Source: Nannocystis bainbridge (lineage in GTDB: Bacteria > Myxococcota_A > Polyangia > Nannocystales > Nannocystaceae). Taken from it: 64,000 nucleotides of DNA. Below the pieces are notes generated by a model that made no database searches, was not told the origin of the DNA, and saw only the letters and a program-made list of their open reading frames with translations. Below, piece by piece: positions 1 through 10,404 of the stretch; the first letter of the stretch is position 1, and each line of letters starts with the position of its first letter. A program made the translations under genes and the position numbers. Where the stretch lies: NCBI RefSeq assembly GCF_028368995.1, contig NZ_JAQNDL010000001.1, forward strand, positions 2,176,001-2,240,000, read 5' to 3'.

Positions 1-422
1 TGCCGCCCCTGCCCCCAGCAGCGCTGGCGATCGCCGGTCAGGTCGGCTCCACGGGCTGCGAGGTCGTCGAGCGTCCCCGTCTCGCCGTCGAGCAGCCACA
101 AGTGCTTGCCCGCGAGGGCCACCGCCCAGCGCCCGCGCGGGTCGGTGGCGACGACCTCCTCGATCATGCGCCGCGTCCCCGCGACCGTGTCGTGGAGCAT
201 CAACAGCGGCGGCACGTCCAGGCCGAGCTTCCTCTTGCTCTCCTCGTCCGTGTACACGTACAGCGCCACGAACCGCGCGTTCGCGCTCATCCACTTGAGC
301 TCGCCCGGCCGTCGCTCGCCGAGCTCGATCACCTCCGGCTCGCCGGCGATCTCATGCACCATGGGGGCCGGCTTCGCCGTGCACGCCGCCAGCGACAGGG
401 CCACGATCGTCGTGCGTCGCAT
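1..422 (-). CDS. Lipoprotein, hypothetical; 3' end runs off the window
   Basis: Translated by hand (not in the ORF track): MRRTTIVALSLAAC-TAKPAPMVHEIAGEPEVIELGERR...; lipobox LAAC; frame open to position 1; GC3-rich codons. Confidence 0.7.
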   Translation of the reverse strand, partial: MRRTTIVALSLAACTAKPAPMVHEIAGEPEVIELGERRPGELKWMSANARFVALYVYTDEESKRKLGLDVPPLLMLHDTVAGTRRMIEEVVATDPRGRWAVALAGKHLWLLDGETGTLDDLAARGADLTGDRQRCWGQGR

Positions 423-643
423 TCGCCGTGCAACGCCCGTCGCCCGCTGAAGTTTCCCGCCCCTGCACTCCGCGGCGCCAGGTCGCGCCTGTCCTGCGGC
501 CCGCGAGCTCAAAAAACAATCGCCGGCCGTGTCGCACGCCCTGCCGAAGCCTGCTGCTCCTTCGGGCATGTCCTTTCTGCCATATTCCCAGTGCACCACG
601 AGCCGTCGGGCGTCCCCTCGCGCGGGCCCGACGCGCGATCACT

Positions 644-713
644 TGACCTTTCGGACATGTCTCATCAGCCATGTCCACAGGCCCCCGCGTCATGGAACCT
701 GTCCTCCGGGACA
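644..713. repeat. Phased array of the 14-bp TGTCC-N4-GGACA palindrome (5 units, two degenerate)
   Basis: TGACCTTTCGGACA 644, TGTCTCATCAGCCA 658, TGTCCACAG.. 672, degenerate unit 686, perfect TGTCCTCCGGGACA 700; two further units at 555-582. Confidence 0.75.
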
Positions 714-1290
714 TGCGCGCACAGGTCGCCGTGCGCGCCCATGCCGAACTCGTCGAGCACCCGCTCGCCGAGCAACCCGCACCGGCCGCGCGCATCCGCC
801 GGACGTGGCCCTGTCGTCGCGGTCGTCGTGGGCGCGGGCCCGCGGCGATCGTCCCGAGCCGCACCGTGTCGGCGAGCTCACCGGTGGTGAGCGGGGCGAA
901 CCGGGCGCGGCCTGCGGTCACGAGACGGCGACGACAGCTCGCGGCCCGCGCACCACCCCACGCGCACCCAGCCAGTCGACAACACCCGGCCACAGCCACT
1001 CGCCGCGACCGCAGGGACATCTGCCTGTGGAACCAGCTCCGCAGCCCGCACTCTCCGGCGCATCCTCCGCACCCACGGGCGGAAGCGCCCCGAGCCGCCC
1101 CCGCACCGGCTGCAGCCTCGCCCGGACCGCCCGCTCCGACCGCGGACCCGTCCCCCACGAGAACCGCGCGCCCCAGCGCCTCAGCCGCTCCGGGGCCGGT
1201 CTGGGTGCGCCCGCCTACCACAAGGGGTCGTGGTCGCCGAATCACCCCGCTTCCGTGACTTGGCCGCCGGGCCGCGGTAATTCTGGATCC

Positions 1291-2247
1291 GTGACCGACC
1301 GCTCCGTCGCCTGTCGCCGGCCCGCCGCTCTGGGCCTCGTGCTCGCCGCCGCCATCGCGGCGTGCAGCGGCGTCGACGATCCAGGCGAGCTCGGCGTGGC
1401 CCCGCAGGAGTCGGGCGAGCCGGCGGCCACCTCGCGGCTGGCCCAGATCCGCGTCGTCGTCCAGCCGCCCGGCGAGTTCGCGGGTGACGAGCCGGCGCTC
1501 GAGGTCTCGGCCGTGTTCGCCCAGTACCGCGGCTACGACGAGGCCGCCGCGCGCACCCGCCTCGACCTGCCGCGGCCCCCGGCCGAGCGCATGCGTCCCG
1601 GCCACTGTGCCCCGAGCGACCAGCTGCTGGCCGCCGACGAACCTGTCTCCAAGGACAGCAGCAGCAGCGCGCGCGAGCTGATCTTGCTCGACGCCGGCAA
1701 CCTCGGCGTCACCATCGGCGAGGCCGCGATCGACGTCCCGCTGGCGCTGCTGCCCGACCTGGTGCCCAACATCTCCGGCGTCACCTACACCTACCTGGGC
1801 GACAGCCTGCCTGCCGGTGCCTGGCCGCCGGGCGAGCCGGCCCCGTCCGAGTTGGTCGTCCGCGTCGACGGCGAGGGCGACGAGCTGCCCGGCTTCACCC
1901 TGCGCCCGCGCCTGCCCGAGCCGGCCGCGCTGACCGGCAGCATCGACCGCGGTCGCGACGAGCTGCGCCTCGAGTGGCGCCCCGGCGCCCGCGAGCCGCT
2001 GGTCCTGCGCCTCGCCAGCCTGATCGGCGGCGAGCCGGTCGGCGAGGAGCTGACCTGCGTGACCCATGACGACGGCTCGTTCGTCGCCGACCTCGACGAG
2101 CTGCACGCGCTCGGCCTCGACGCCGGCCCCGGCACCGCCCTGCGCATCGCGGCCACCCGCTCCGGCCGCACCGTGTTCGACGCCGGCGAGTTCGTCGGCG
2201 CCGAAGCCGTCGTCGAGGTCCGCACCGTCACCGTGCTCCCCCCCTGA
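1291..2247 (+). CDS. Secreted lipoprotein, hypothetical
   Basis: 3' part of ORF 529..2247; GTG start followed by ...LGLVLAAAIAAC-SG lipobox. Confidence 0.75.
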   Translation: MTDRSVACRRPAALGLVLAAAIAACSGVDDPGELGVAPQESGEPAATSRLAQIRVVVQPPGEFAGDEPALEVSAVFAQYRGYDEAAARTRLDLPRPPAERMRPGHCAPSDQLLAADEPVSKDSSSSARELILLDAGNLGVTIGEAAIDVPLALLPDLVPNISGVTYTYLGDSLPAGAWPPGEPAPSELVVRVDGEGDELPGFTLRPRLPEPAALTGSIDRGRDELRLEWRPGAREPLVLRLASLIGGEPVGEELTCVTHDDGSFVADLDELHALGLDAGPGTALRIAATRSGRTVFDAGEFVGAEAVVEVRTVTVLPP

Positions 2248-2278
2248 GCCGCCGGGTCGCTCGAGCGACAGAGGGACA

Positions 2279-2348
2279 TGTCCACCCGGACATGTCCCTT
2301 TCGACATTTCTCTCACGACATGTCGATGAAGACATGTCCGATCGGCCA
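2279..2348. repeat. Phased array of the 14-bp palindrome (5 units) between convergent genes
   Basis: TGTCCACCCGGACA|TGTCCCTTTCGACA|TTTCTCTCACGACA|TGTCGATGAAGACA|TGTCCGATCGGCCA. Confidence 0.9.
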
Positions 2349-2365
2349 TCTCCTGGCCCGCGAGC

Positions 2366-3871
2366 TCACCCCGACGCCCGCAGGCGCAGCGCCGCGGCTG
2401 CCTCCTCGCGGTCGTCGAAGTGCAGCTTGGTCGTCCCGACGACTTGATAGTCCTCGTGCCCCTTGCCCGCGATCACCACCACATCCTCGACGCCCGCCTC
2501 CGCGACCGCGCGGGCGATCGCCGCGCGGCGGTCGACCTCCGGCACCACCCGGTCGCGGCGGCTGGCCGGCACGCCGGCCAGCATCTGCGCCACGATCGCC
2601 GCCGGATCTTCCGTGCGCGGGTTGTCGGAGGTCGCGTAGAAGCGATCGGCCAGGGTCGCCGCGAACTCGCCCATCGGCGCCCGCTTGCCTGGATCGCGAT
2701 CGCCGCCGCAGCCCAGCACCACGAACAGCCGGCCGCTGCAGGCCCGCCGCACCGCTTGCAGCGCCCGCGCCACCGCGTCGGGCGTGTGCGCGTAGTCGAC
2801 GAGCACCGTCGGCCCGCGCGCGCCCGCCACCGTCACCCGCTCGAGCCGCCCCGGCGCCCCGCGGCACTCCGCCAGCGCCGCCGCGATCGCCGGCGGCTCC
2901 AGCCCCAGCCCCAGCCCCAGCCCGATCGCCACCAGCAGGTTGTCGAGGTTGAACGCCCCGACCAGCGGCGAGCGCAGCGCCAGCGGCCCCGCCGGCGTGT
3001 CCACGCGCGCCGTCAGACCTGTGCTTTCGGACATCACCGAAGACGCCACGATCTCCGCCCCCGGCAGCCCGCCGCGCGACGCTCGCCACACCTGCGACCC
3101 GGCCGGCGCCGCCGCCAAGAATTGCTGCGCCGCCGGCTGCTCGTCGACCGCCGCCACCACCACCCCGCCGGCCCGCAGGTGCTCTGCCGGCAGCAGGCAC
3201 TTGGCCGCCAGGTACTCGGCCATCGTCGCGTGGAAATCGAGGTGGTCCTGCGAGAAGCTGGTCAGCCCGGCCGCGTCGTAGCGCAGCGGCTTCGCCCGGC
3301 CCTGCGCCAGCGCGTGCGACGACACCTCCATCACCGCGTCGGTCGCCCCGCGCTCGCGCGCCCGCGCCAGCAGCTCCTGCAGCTCGAGCGGGAACGGCGT
3401 GGTGAAGGCCGCCGTCTCCTCGCGGTCGCCGACCCAGTTGCCCGTCGTACCGATCCGCGCGTGCTTGCGCCCCGCGGCCGCCAGCATCGCCGCGACCAGG
3501 AACGTCACCGTCGTCTTGCCGTTGGTCCCCGTCACGCCCGCCAGGCGCAGGTGCTCGCCGGGCTCGCCCCAGGCGCGCGCACACAGCCGCGGCAGCGCGT
3601 CGGCGATCGCCGGCAGCTCGACCCGCGGCTCCGGCTGCGGCGCCGCCAGCCGCCCGCGCTCGACGATCGCCAGCGCCGCGCCTGCCGCCAGCGCCGCCGG
3701 CACGAACGCGTGCCCGTCGTGTGCCAGCCCCGGCACCGCCACGAACGCCGCGCCGGGGACCACCCGCCGCGAATCGACGACCAGCCGCGCGACCGCCGTC
3801 TCCGGCCCGCAGCCGTGGTAGCTCGCGTCTTCACCGGCGAGCAGGGCGCCGAGGCGCAGCGTGTCGGACAT
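2366..3871 (-). CDS. murE: UDP-N-acetylmuramoyl-L-alanyl-D-glutamate--2,6-diaminopimelate ligase
   Basis: GVTGTNGKTT P-loop, MEVSSHAL, DYAHTPD, GCGGDRD, SDNPR (meso-DAP motif), IAGKGHE. Confidence 0.95.
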   Translation of the reverse strand: MSDTLRLGALLAGEDASYHGCGPETAVARLVVDSRRVVPGAAFVAVPGLAHDGHAFVPAALAAGAALAIVERGRLAAPQPEPRVELPAIADALPRLCARAWGEPGEHLRLAGVTGTNGKTTVTFLVAAMLAAAGRKHARIGTTGNWVGDREETAAFTTPFPLELQELLARARERGATDAVMEVSSHALAQGRAKPLRYDAAGLTSFSQDHLDFHATMAEYLAAKCLLPAEHLRAGGVVVAAVDEQPAAQQFLAAAPAGSQVWRASRGGLPGAEIVASSVMSESTGLTARVDTPAGPLALRSPLVGAFNLDNLLVAIGLGLGLGLEPPAIAAALAECRGAPGRLERVTVAGARGPTVLVDYAHTPDAVARALQAVRRACSGRLFVVLGCGGDRDPGKRAPMGEFAATLADRFYATSDNPRTEDPAAIVAQMLAGVPASRRDRVVPEVDRRAAIARAVAEAGVEDVVVIAGKGHEDYQVVGTTKLHFDDREEAAAALRLRASG

Positions 3872-3950
3872 CGCCCGCAGGCTAGCGCACCCGCGCCCGC
3901 CCGAACAGCACCCCTCCGCCCGCCCGCCCGAGCTTCCGGGGCGCCAGTCC

Positions 3951-4265
3951 TCGCCTGTCCCTTCAGTCAGCTCCTCGCAATGCCCGCTCGCCCGCCCGCC
4001 CGCAGATCCGGCCGCGCTCGCGGACATGCTCGATCGGACATGCCCCGGCGCCGCTGCTCGCCTGTCCTTCAGTCAGCTCCTCGCAGCGCGGCCGAGCGCG
4101 GGAGACGATGCCCAGCCGCGCTCGCACACATGCCCGGCGCCGGTTCTCGCCTGTCCCTTCAGTCGGCTCCTCGCAGCACGGCCGAGCGCGGGAGACGATG
4201 CCCGGCCGCGCTCGCGGACATGCCCGGCGCCGCGCCTCGCCTCGCCCTTCAATCAGCTCCTCGCA
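3951..4265. repeat. Imperfect tandem repeat (4 copies, about 90-107 bp) upstream of murE, carrying degenerate 14-bp palindromes
   Basis: TCGCCTGTCCCTTCAGTCAGCTCCTCGCA-like core at about 3951, 4058, 4147 and 4237. Confidence 0.8.
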
Positions 4266-4329
4266 ATGCCCACGATTCACCCCTCAACGGCCGAACGCGG
4301 GTGGCGAAACCCGGCCGCGCTCAAGGACA

Positions 4330-4436
4330 TGCCCGATCGGACATGCCCCAAGGGGCATGCCATCATGAACATGTCCCCCGCGCCATCTCCCCACATTCGA
4401 TCTCGCTGATTTTTAAAGGACATGTCCCGGAGGACA
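4330..4436. repeat. Phased arrays of the 14-bp palindrome (4 units at 4330-4385; perfect unit at 4423-4436)
   Basis: TGCCCGATCGGACA|TGCCCCAAGGGGCA|TGCCATCATGAACA|TGTCCCCCGCGCCA ... TGTCCCGGAGGACA. Confidence 0.85.
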
Positions 4437-4448
4437 TGCCTTTAATCA

Positions 4449-5402
4449 TCAGCTGCCGCCGGGCGTCTTGACCAGGCGACCGATCCGCAGGTTGGGGATG
4501 AACGCCTCGGTCAGGGCCGCCGGCGTCTGGATCTTCCCGCGCATCGTGTCCTCGAGCCGGCGCGGCACCTCCGGGATCGGGGGCGGCGGCGGCGAGTCGT
4601 CGGCCGGCAACGCCGCCAGCAGCGGCGGCGGCGGCATCGTCAGCTGCGCCGCGGGCATCGGCGGCGGCGGCGGCAGGTCGGTGTACGCGTCGTACTCCTC
4701 GTGTTCCTGTTCGTGCTCGAGCTCGACCTCGAGTTCGCCGGAGATGGCGACCTGCGCCGGGCGGGACCCGAGCACCGGCTGCGCTGGCGCGAACTCGGGG
4801 ACGCGGGCCTGCGGCCGGCTCGGCTCCGCGGGCGCGCTCGCCTGCTCGTCCGCGCGGGCGAAGATCCCCGACTGCGCCGCCAGGTCGAGCTCACCGCGCA
4901 GCGCCGGCACATCGAGCCGCTCGAGCCACGCCCGGTCGACCAGGAACCGGCCGTCGAGCGGCACCAGCGTCAGCGACCCGCGCGTGATGCTGTGGAGCAG
5001 CTTGCCACCTGCGTGGTGTCGCAGGCGACGGCCGAGCTCCGCCACCGCCTCGTCGTCGTCGTCGAGCGCCCGGGTCAACGCCGACAGCACCAGCCCGAGC
5101 ACCTCGCGGGCGCGATCGAACTCGCTCTGGAGCTGCTGCTGCTCGGCGTCGGTGCGGTCGGTTCGCACCACCACCTTGGGCGTCGGCAGCGGCGGCTCGT
5201 GCTGGGCGGCGCGCAGCCGCTGGGCCAGGCCGGCCGCCACCTGCAGCTTCTTGTTCAGCTGGCGAGCCAGGCCCGCCCAGTGGTCACGCTCGTGCTGACC
5301 GGTCGCGACCGCGCTCTCGAGCTCCGCCACTCGCGCTTCGAGCTGTCGGATGTGCAGGACCTTCGCGTCGTAGCGCTGCCAGATATCACCGGAGTCCGTC
5401 AT
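4449..5402 (-). CDS. Hypothetical coiled-coil protein with Pro/Glu-rich C-terminus
   Basis: MTDSGDIWQRYDAKVLHIRQLEARVAELE... heptads; polyproline tail; coding-like codon bias begins at the ATG at 5402. Confidence 0.7.
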   Translation of the reverse strand: MTDSGDIWQRYDAKVLHIRQLEARVAELESAVATGQHERDHWAGLARQLNKKLQVAAGLAQRLRAAQHEPPLPTPKVVVRTDRTDAEQQQLQSEFDRAREVLGLVLSALTRALDDDDEAVAELGRRLRHHAGGKLLHSITRGSLTLVPLDGRFLVDRAWLERLDVPALRGELDLAAQSGIFARADEQASAPAEPSRPQARVPEFAPAQPVLGSRPAQVAISGELEVELEHEQEHEEYDAYTDLPPPPPMPAAQLTMPPPPLLAALPADDSPPPPPIPEVPRRLEDTMRGKIQTPAALTEAFIPNLRIGRLVKTPGGS

Positions 5403-5808
5403 CGGCGGGTTCCAAGCATAGTCGGGAATCCCTGCCGACGCGAACCCCCAGCGCCGGGCAGCGACGCCCCTCGACGCAGCGAGACGTAGGTCCGCGTGAG
5501 CCCGCGCCGCGCACCATGGGCGACTGCGACGGCGAACACATGTCCGCCGGAATTCCAGGTCTGCTCCCGCAGCGGCACCCCCTGCGCGATGTACGTCCCC
5601 TGGCAGCCGTCCGGCGTCGCGCTGGCGAGCCGCAGTGGAGCCCGCCGGCGCCGACGATCCTCGCTTCGTCGCCGATGTCGGCGATGTCGAAGTCGGTGAT
5701 CGGTGTCCCATCGTGATCACCGAGCGCGAGCGCGAGGCCGGCGGGATCACGGTCGCCGGCCGCGGCGATCGTATCGGCCGCGATCGCCTCGAGGATGAGC
5801 CGTGTCAT
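5399..5808 (-). pseudogene. Small hypothetical gene with an apparent single-base frameshift near 5640
   Basis: MTRLILEAIAADTIAAAGDRD...RIVGAGG reads as protein; the protein-like continuation PLRLASATPDGCQGTYIAQGVPLREQTWNSGGHVFAVAVAHG...TRTYV is in another frame that ends at a TGA overlapping the next ATG. Confidence 0.5.
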
Positions 5809-5935
5809 GCCGCCGTCACGTGTGATCTCGGTCGCTGCGCCAGCTTACGCCGGCCGGGCCGCGCAGCCGGACGCCGCGGCGCACGCGCCAGAGGCCCGTT
5901 TCCGCGATCCCTGTCTCTTGCGCCAGGAGCCCGGC

Positions 5936-6751
5936 TCAGGCCGCCTCGGGGGCGGTCTCAGCCGCATCAGGGTTCAGGCGCTGCGCCAGCGCCGGCAGGC
6001 GGCGGTCGGGCACCGCCGTGAACAGGTGGTGCAGGAAATGGAAGCGCACCCCCAGGTAGTTCTCGCGGCCGACCAGCGCGATCCACAGCCACCGCAGCGG
6101 GCGCGGGAACTCGGGCGGATCGACCTGTCCGTAGAGCCATGGCTGATGGACCAGCCACGCGAACACCAGCCAGGCCAGCGCGTTGCCGATCCGGACCACC
6201 AGGTTGTAGGCGATGAAGCCGCGCAGGCCGCCGAGCCACATCAGCGCCGCCCACGTCGCCGCGTGCGTCAGCATGGCCAGCGCCAGGCGCGAGTCGAGGC
6301 CGCGACGTCGCAGGTACCACACCGCCAGCAGCTCCGGCTGGACCAGGCACAGCAGCGCCGCCCGCAGCGGCCCGGTGTCCATCATCTCGCGGTCCGGGTC
6401 GGCCTCGCTGCCCTCCTCGCGGTGGTGCATCACGTGCAGCTCCTCGAGCTGCGGGCGACCGAGATAGATCGGCGACACCACCACCAGCAGCGCCCGCGCC
6501 GGGTGCCAGCGCGCTGCCACCCGCTGGTCGGCGTGCAGCGCCTCGTGCCAGCGGTTGAAGTAGCGCAGGAACAGCACCACCCCCAGCGGGCCGAACAGCC
6601 AGCCCGGCATCACCTCGGCCACGAACGCGAAGTAGCTGGCGTGGAAGGCCAGCGACCACGCCAGCATCGCGTCGTCGTAGCGCGTGCGTGGGTCGCCCGG
6701 AAACACCGCGTTGACCTCTCGCCGCGTCATGCGGAGAGTGCGCGCGGCCAT
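5936..6751 (-). CDS. Membrane fatty-acid desaturase/hydroxylase family protein
   Basis: His boxes WHEALH, LHVMHH and FHFLHH; hydrophobic segments; start uncertain (6730-6775). Confidence 0.75.
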   Translation of the reverse strand: MAARTLRMTRREVNAVFPGDPRTRYDDAMLAWSLAFHASYFAFVAEVMPGWLFGPLGVVLFLRYFNRWHEALHADQRVAARWHPARALLVVVSPIYLGRPQLEELHVMHHREEGSEADPDREMMDTGPLRAALLCLVQPELLAVWYLRRRGLDSRLALAMLTHAATWAALMWLGGLRGFIAYNLVVRIGNALAWLVFAWLVHQPWLYGQVDPPEFPRPLRWLWIALVGRENYLGVRFHFLHHLFTAVPDRRLPALAQRLNPDAAETAPEAA

Positions 6752-7005
6752 CGTCCGGAGGTTTCCCGCCACCACCCCGTGATAGCGATTCCCGCCCCGC
6801 CTCGCAAAGCGCGCTCCGCGACCGACCCTCTCCGCTCGTGGACAGGCGAACGCAGTTCACTCGCGCAGACCGATCGATGCAACTGCAACCGAGGTCTCCC
6901 GGCCTCTTGACGGGCCGCGGCAGTGCCCGGGCCCGAAAGCCCCGGCCCGCCGCCCGGCGCCGGCCCGGGCCAGCCCTGCGCGGGGCGCACCGGGACTTCA
7001 GGACA

Positions 7006-7061
7006 TGTCCTTGCGGACACCTCGTCCGGGACATGTCCCGGAGGACATGTCCCGCGAGCCA
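7006..7061. repeat. Phased array of the 14-bp palindrome (4 units) just past the protease stop codon
   Basis: TGTCCTTGCGGACA|CCTCGTCCGGGACA|TGTCCCGGAGGACA|TGTCCCGCGAGCCA. Confidence 0.9.
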
Positions 7062-7065
7062 GCCC

Positions 7066-8478
7066 CTAGTTCGGCTTCTTGGCGTAGAACTTGTACGCCC
7101 CGGCGCCGCTGTACGACTGGATCAGCCACGTGTAGTGGCCCGCGGTCCCGTTGTACTTGACGGTCTCGTTGGTCGAGGCCGTCTCGGCCTTGGCGACCAC
7201 CGCCCACGCGCTGCCGTTCCACTTGTAGAGCAGCAGGTCGAAGTCGGTGCCGGCCGGCCCGACCAGGTAGCCCTCGTGCGCGCCCGCGCCGTTGCTCGTG
7301 TAGTAGCTGGCGTTCGGGTGCTGGTCGCTGTCGCCGCTGCCGGACAGCGAGCCGCTGTACTCGGTGCAGCCGGTGCACGGCACGTCCGCCGGCGGCGGCG
7401 GCGGCGGCGGCGGCGGATTGCCCCCGCCCTGGTACGGCGAGCCGCACGTCGCGCTGTACGCCCCGTTCGGCGCGCCCGCGTTGCAGCCGCCGCTCCACGT
7501 GTCGTTCACGCTGCCCGGATTGGTCTGGAAGTTGAAGCACTTGGGCCCCGGGTTCCAGGTGCCGTTGGCGTCGTGGCACGGCGTCAGATCGATCGCCGTC
7601 TGCTGCTCGAACCACGCGATGCCCTTGTGCATCATCGAGTACATGCCGCCGCTGCCGCACGCCCCGCCGTACGAGGTGATGCCGAACACGCGCCATGTCC
7701 CATCGGCCAGCTTGATGAACGCCGGCCCGCCGGAGTCGCCCTGACAGGTGTCCTTGCCGTTGCCGCCGATCGAGATCTCGTCGCCCTGGAACCCGTTGAT
7801 CGTCGTCGTCACCTGGCGCTTCACGCCGTAGGGCCCGTTGTCGGCGTTGCCGAAGCCGACCAGCGTGACCTGCTTGCCGGGCTGCAGGTTGCTCGTCTCG
7901 CAGCCCATCAAGATCGGCACGATCGGCACGTCGGTGACCGGCGTCGAAAGCTTGCACACCGCGAAGTCGTTGCCCGAGCCCGGCTGGCCGCCCGGATAGA
8001 TCTTGCACCACTGCGGCGTGACCGACTTGGCCGCCGCCGTGTACTTCTCGCCGAAGTAGATCTTGTTGTAGCTGGCGCCGCAGTGGGCGGCGTAGATGAC
8101 CACCTGCGGGTCGACCAGCGTGCCCGTGCACGAGCCGCCGAGCTCGACCGTCGACGCCCAGCCGCACACCGGCACCGTCGTGCCGCCGTAGATGGCCTCG
8201 CCGTCCTGCTCGTCCGCCGACGAGAATTCGTCGCTCGCCTCGTCGGCGCCCGGCGCCGGCGGTGGGTCGTCCACGCCCGCGAACAGCTCCGCGTGGCTGA
8301 GGATCTTCGGCTGGCCGGCGTCGGTGAAGTCGGCCTCGGCGACCGCGAGGTCGACGCTGTCGAGCTCGGCGTCGCTCTCGACCTCCGGATCGCATCCGCC
8401 CGCGATCAGCGCGAGCATGGAGAGCGGTGTGAGCAGTACGGTCGAGCGATGCTTCCGGGCAATGAGGCGATGCGTCAT
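7066..8478 (-). CDS. Trypsin-like (S1) serine protease lipoprotein with polyproline linker and C-terminal PPC-type domain
   Basis: IYGG mature N-terminus, AAHC, GNDFA, CQGDSGGP; GPAGTDFDLLLYKWNG PPC-like tail; IAGGC lipobox. Confidence 0.92.
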   Translation of the reverse strand: MTHRLIARKHRSTVLLTPLSMLALIAGGCDPEVESDAELDSVDLAVAEADFTDAGQPKILSHAELFAGVDDPPPAPGADEASDEFSSADEQDGEAIYGGTTVPVCGWASTVELGGSCTGTLVDPQVVIYAAHCGASYNKIYFGEKYTAAAKSVTPQWCKIYPGGQPGSGNDFAVCKLSTPVTDVPIVPILMGCETSNLQPGKQVTLVGFGNADNGPYGVKRQVTTTINGFQGDEISIGGNGKDTCQGDSGGPAFIKLADGTWRVFGITSYGGACGSGGMYSMMHKGIAWFEQQTAIDLTPCHDANGTWNPGPKCFNFQTNPGSVNDTWSGGCNAGAPNGAYSATCGSPYQGGGNPPPPPPPPPADVPCTGCTEYSGSLSGSGDSDQHPNASYYTSNGAGAHEGYLVGPAGTDFDLLLYKWNGSAWAVVAKAETASTNETVKYNGTAGHYTWLIQSYSGAGAYKFYAKKPN

Positions 8479-9026
8479 GGCGGCGTCCTTGTCGATGAAC
8501 GTGGTCGATGAATGGGGTCGGTCGATCGCGGCGCGGAGCCGCGGAGCCGGGGCTTCACGCGCCCGGGCGCGCCAGGTCCGAACGTGCCAGTGACACCAAT
8601 TCCTGCCCCCACCTCATTCGGCAGGTACGACTCGGAAACAGGGTATATCGCTGCACAGGCACACGAATCCTAGCTCATCCCTTCGCTATCCCGACCGCCC
8701 ACACTCCGTCAAGAAGAATCGCGGACCGGGCCCATGGCCCCCACATGGGGGCCCACAGCACGCAGCCGCGACCCACAACGATTATTCGGTGTGCGCATCG
8801 GCAATGGCACGGCCGTGCTTCGCGCAGCTCGCTCGATTGCAGCTGCACGAACACCGAACCCGACGTCGCACGACGCGCCCCGCGCAGCGCGCTCGGCGGA
8901 TCCGAGCCGCGCAATGTCGTCACGCCCCCTCGCGCATCCCGCTCCGGCGCGACCGCGGCGAGCCGCGTGATGACGTCATCGCCGCAGCCGCGACATCGCG
9001 CACAGGCATCGACGCGAACCTCCGCG

Positions 9027-10169
9027 CTACACGAAGCGGATCGGGTGCGGCACCGGGGCCGCGAACAGATAGCCCTTGTCGTTCAGCCGCTGCTGCGACA
9101 GCGGCGGCTGCGTATGTCCATGCTCGTCGACCGCGCGCGGCGTGATCGAAAGCTCCCCCGGCGGCGCCTCGAGCTCGAGCTGCCACCACGTGCCCGCGAC
9201 CGGCAGGTCGTCGCCGATCAGCCGGGCCACCCGCGTGAAATTATGCCCGCCGTCGAGGCTGACTTCGACCCTGGCGATCGCGCCGAACGGCGACCACGCG
9301 AGGCCGTAGATCGTTCGCCGCCCGGCCGGCAGCAGCCCCGGCCACGGCATGCAGACGGCGCTGCGGATCACCTGCGTCGTCAGCACCGGCGGCGGCCGCG
9401 GATAGTCGGCGCCGAGCAGCACGTAGTCCTCGGTGTTCGCCGGCACCATCGGCTCGCGCGTCGACACCTCGAGCGCCCCGACCCACTTCACGCTCGCCGC
9501 CCCGATCCACCCCGGCACCACCACCCGCGCCGGAAACCCGTGGTCCATCGGCAACGGCCCGCCGTTCATGCGATAGGCCAGGATCGTATCCTCCATCATC
9601 GCCTTCGCCAGCGGCAGCGGCCGCGCGTAGCCGTCGCCGTCGAGCCCCACCGGCATCACCCACGCCGCCCCGTCGCGCAGGCCCGCCAGGCCCAGCAGAC
9701 GCGCCAGCGGCACCCCCGTCCATGTCGCCACTCCGTACGCCCCGTCGCGCCACGGATCGCCGTCGGCCGCGAACCCGAGCAGTTCGGCGAAGAAGGCCCG
9801 CCCGTTGCCCGCGCATTCGAGGTAGCGCGTGATCGTCCGCGACGGCAGCGTGACCAATTCGTCGTACGTCAGGCTCACCGGCCGTGCCACCGCATCCCCA
9901 TGAATCTCCAGTCGCCACCCCGCCGCCGACAGCCGCGGCGTCGGCCCGTGGTTGCGCACGTAGAAGCGATCGTTCGGCGTGACGAGCTGCCCCGGCGACA
10001 GGCTCTCGAGCCGCGTCTCGGCGTTGTGCGCCCCGTGGCGGATGAACAGCGCGTCCGGCAACGGCTTGACGAGCTCCGACCTGGCCCCGCTCGCCCGGCA
10101 CCCGAGCGCGGCGACCAACCCGCCGCCGCCCGCGAGCGCGAGGAACCGGCGGCGCGAGGATTCGTCCAT
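9027..10169 (-). CDS. Tat-exported sulfite-oxidase-family molybdopterin oxidoreductase
   Basis: SRRRFL Tat motif; FYVRNH, LECAGNGR, DHGFPARVVVPGWIG, VKW. Confidence 0.9.
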   Translation of the reverse strand: MDESSRRRFLALAGGGGLVAALGCRASGARSELVKPLPDALFIRHGAHNAETRLESLSPGQLVTPNDRFYVRNHGPTPRLSAAGWRLEIHGDAVARPVSLTYDELVTLPSRTITRYLECAGNGRAFFAELLGFAADGDPWRDGAYGVATWTGVPLARLLGLAGLRDGAAWVMPVGLDGDGYARPLPLAKAMMEDTILAYRMNGGPLPMDHGFPARVVVPGWIGAASVKWVGALEVSTREPMVPANTEDYVLLGADYPRPPPVLTTQVIRSAVCMPWPGLLPAGRRTIYGLAWSPFGAIARVEVSLDGGHNFTRVARLIGDDLPVAGTWWQLELEAPPGELSITPRAVDEHGHTQPPLSQQRLNDKGYLFAAPVPHPIRFV

Positions 10170-10404
10170 CCGCACGCCCGCAAGCATGGCCTGCGGCCCC
10201 TGTTTCGCCACCGACCTCTCGCCGACGCCCGCCCCGTGAATGCGCCACGACGCCCCGCGCGGCGACCACGAGCCCGGCGCGGGGCTCGAGCAGCGCCTCG
10301 CCGCCGCTCGCTCGAAGCGCTGCCCGGCTCGCTGCAATCCGGGCAGCTCCCCGACCGAGCGAGCGTCCTCCCGTGATTGCCTCTATACCGAAAGCGAACC
10401 CGAC

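Noticed and set aside
2274-2297. GGACATGTCC matching the eukaryotic p53 half-site RRRCWWGYYY
   Set aside because: It is the junction of two adjacent bacterial 14-bp units; isolated copies keep TGTCC-N4-GGACA and not the junction
8805-8820. Sigma54 promoter TGGCACGGCCGTGCT (similar case at 58011)
   Set aside because: GG-to-GC spacing is off by one base from the strict -24/-12 requirement
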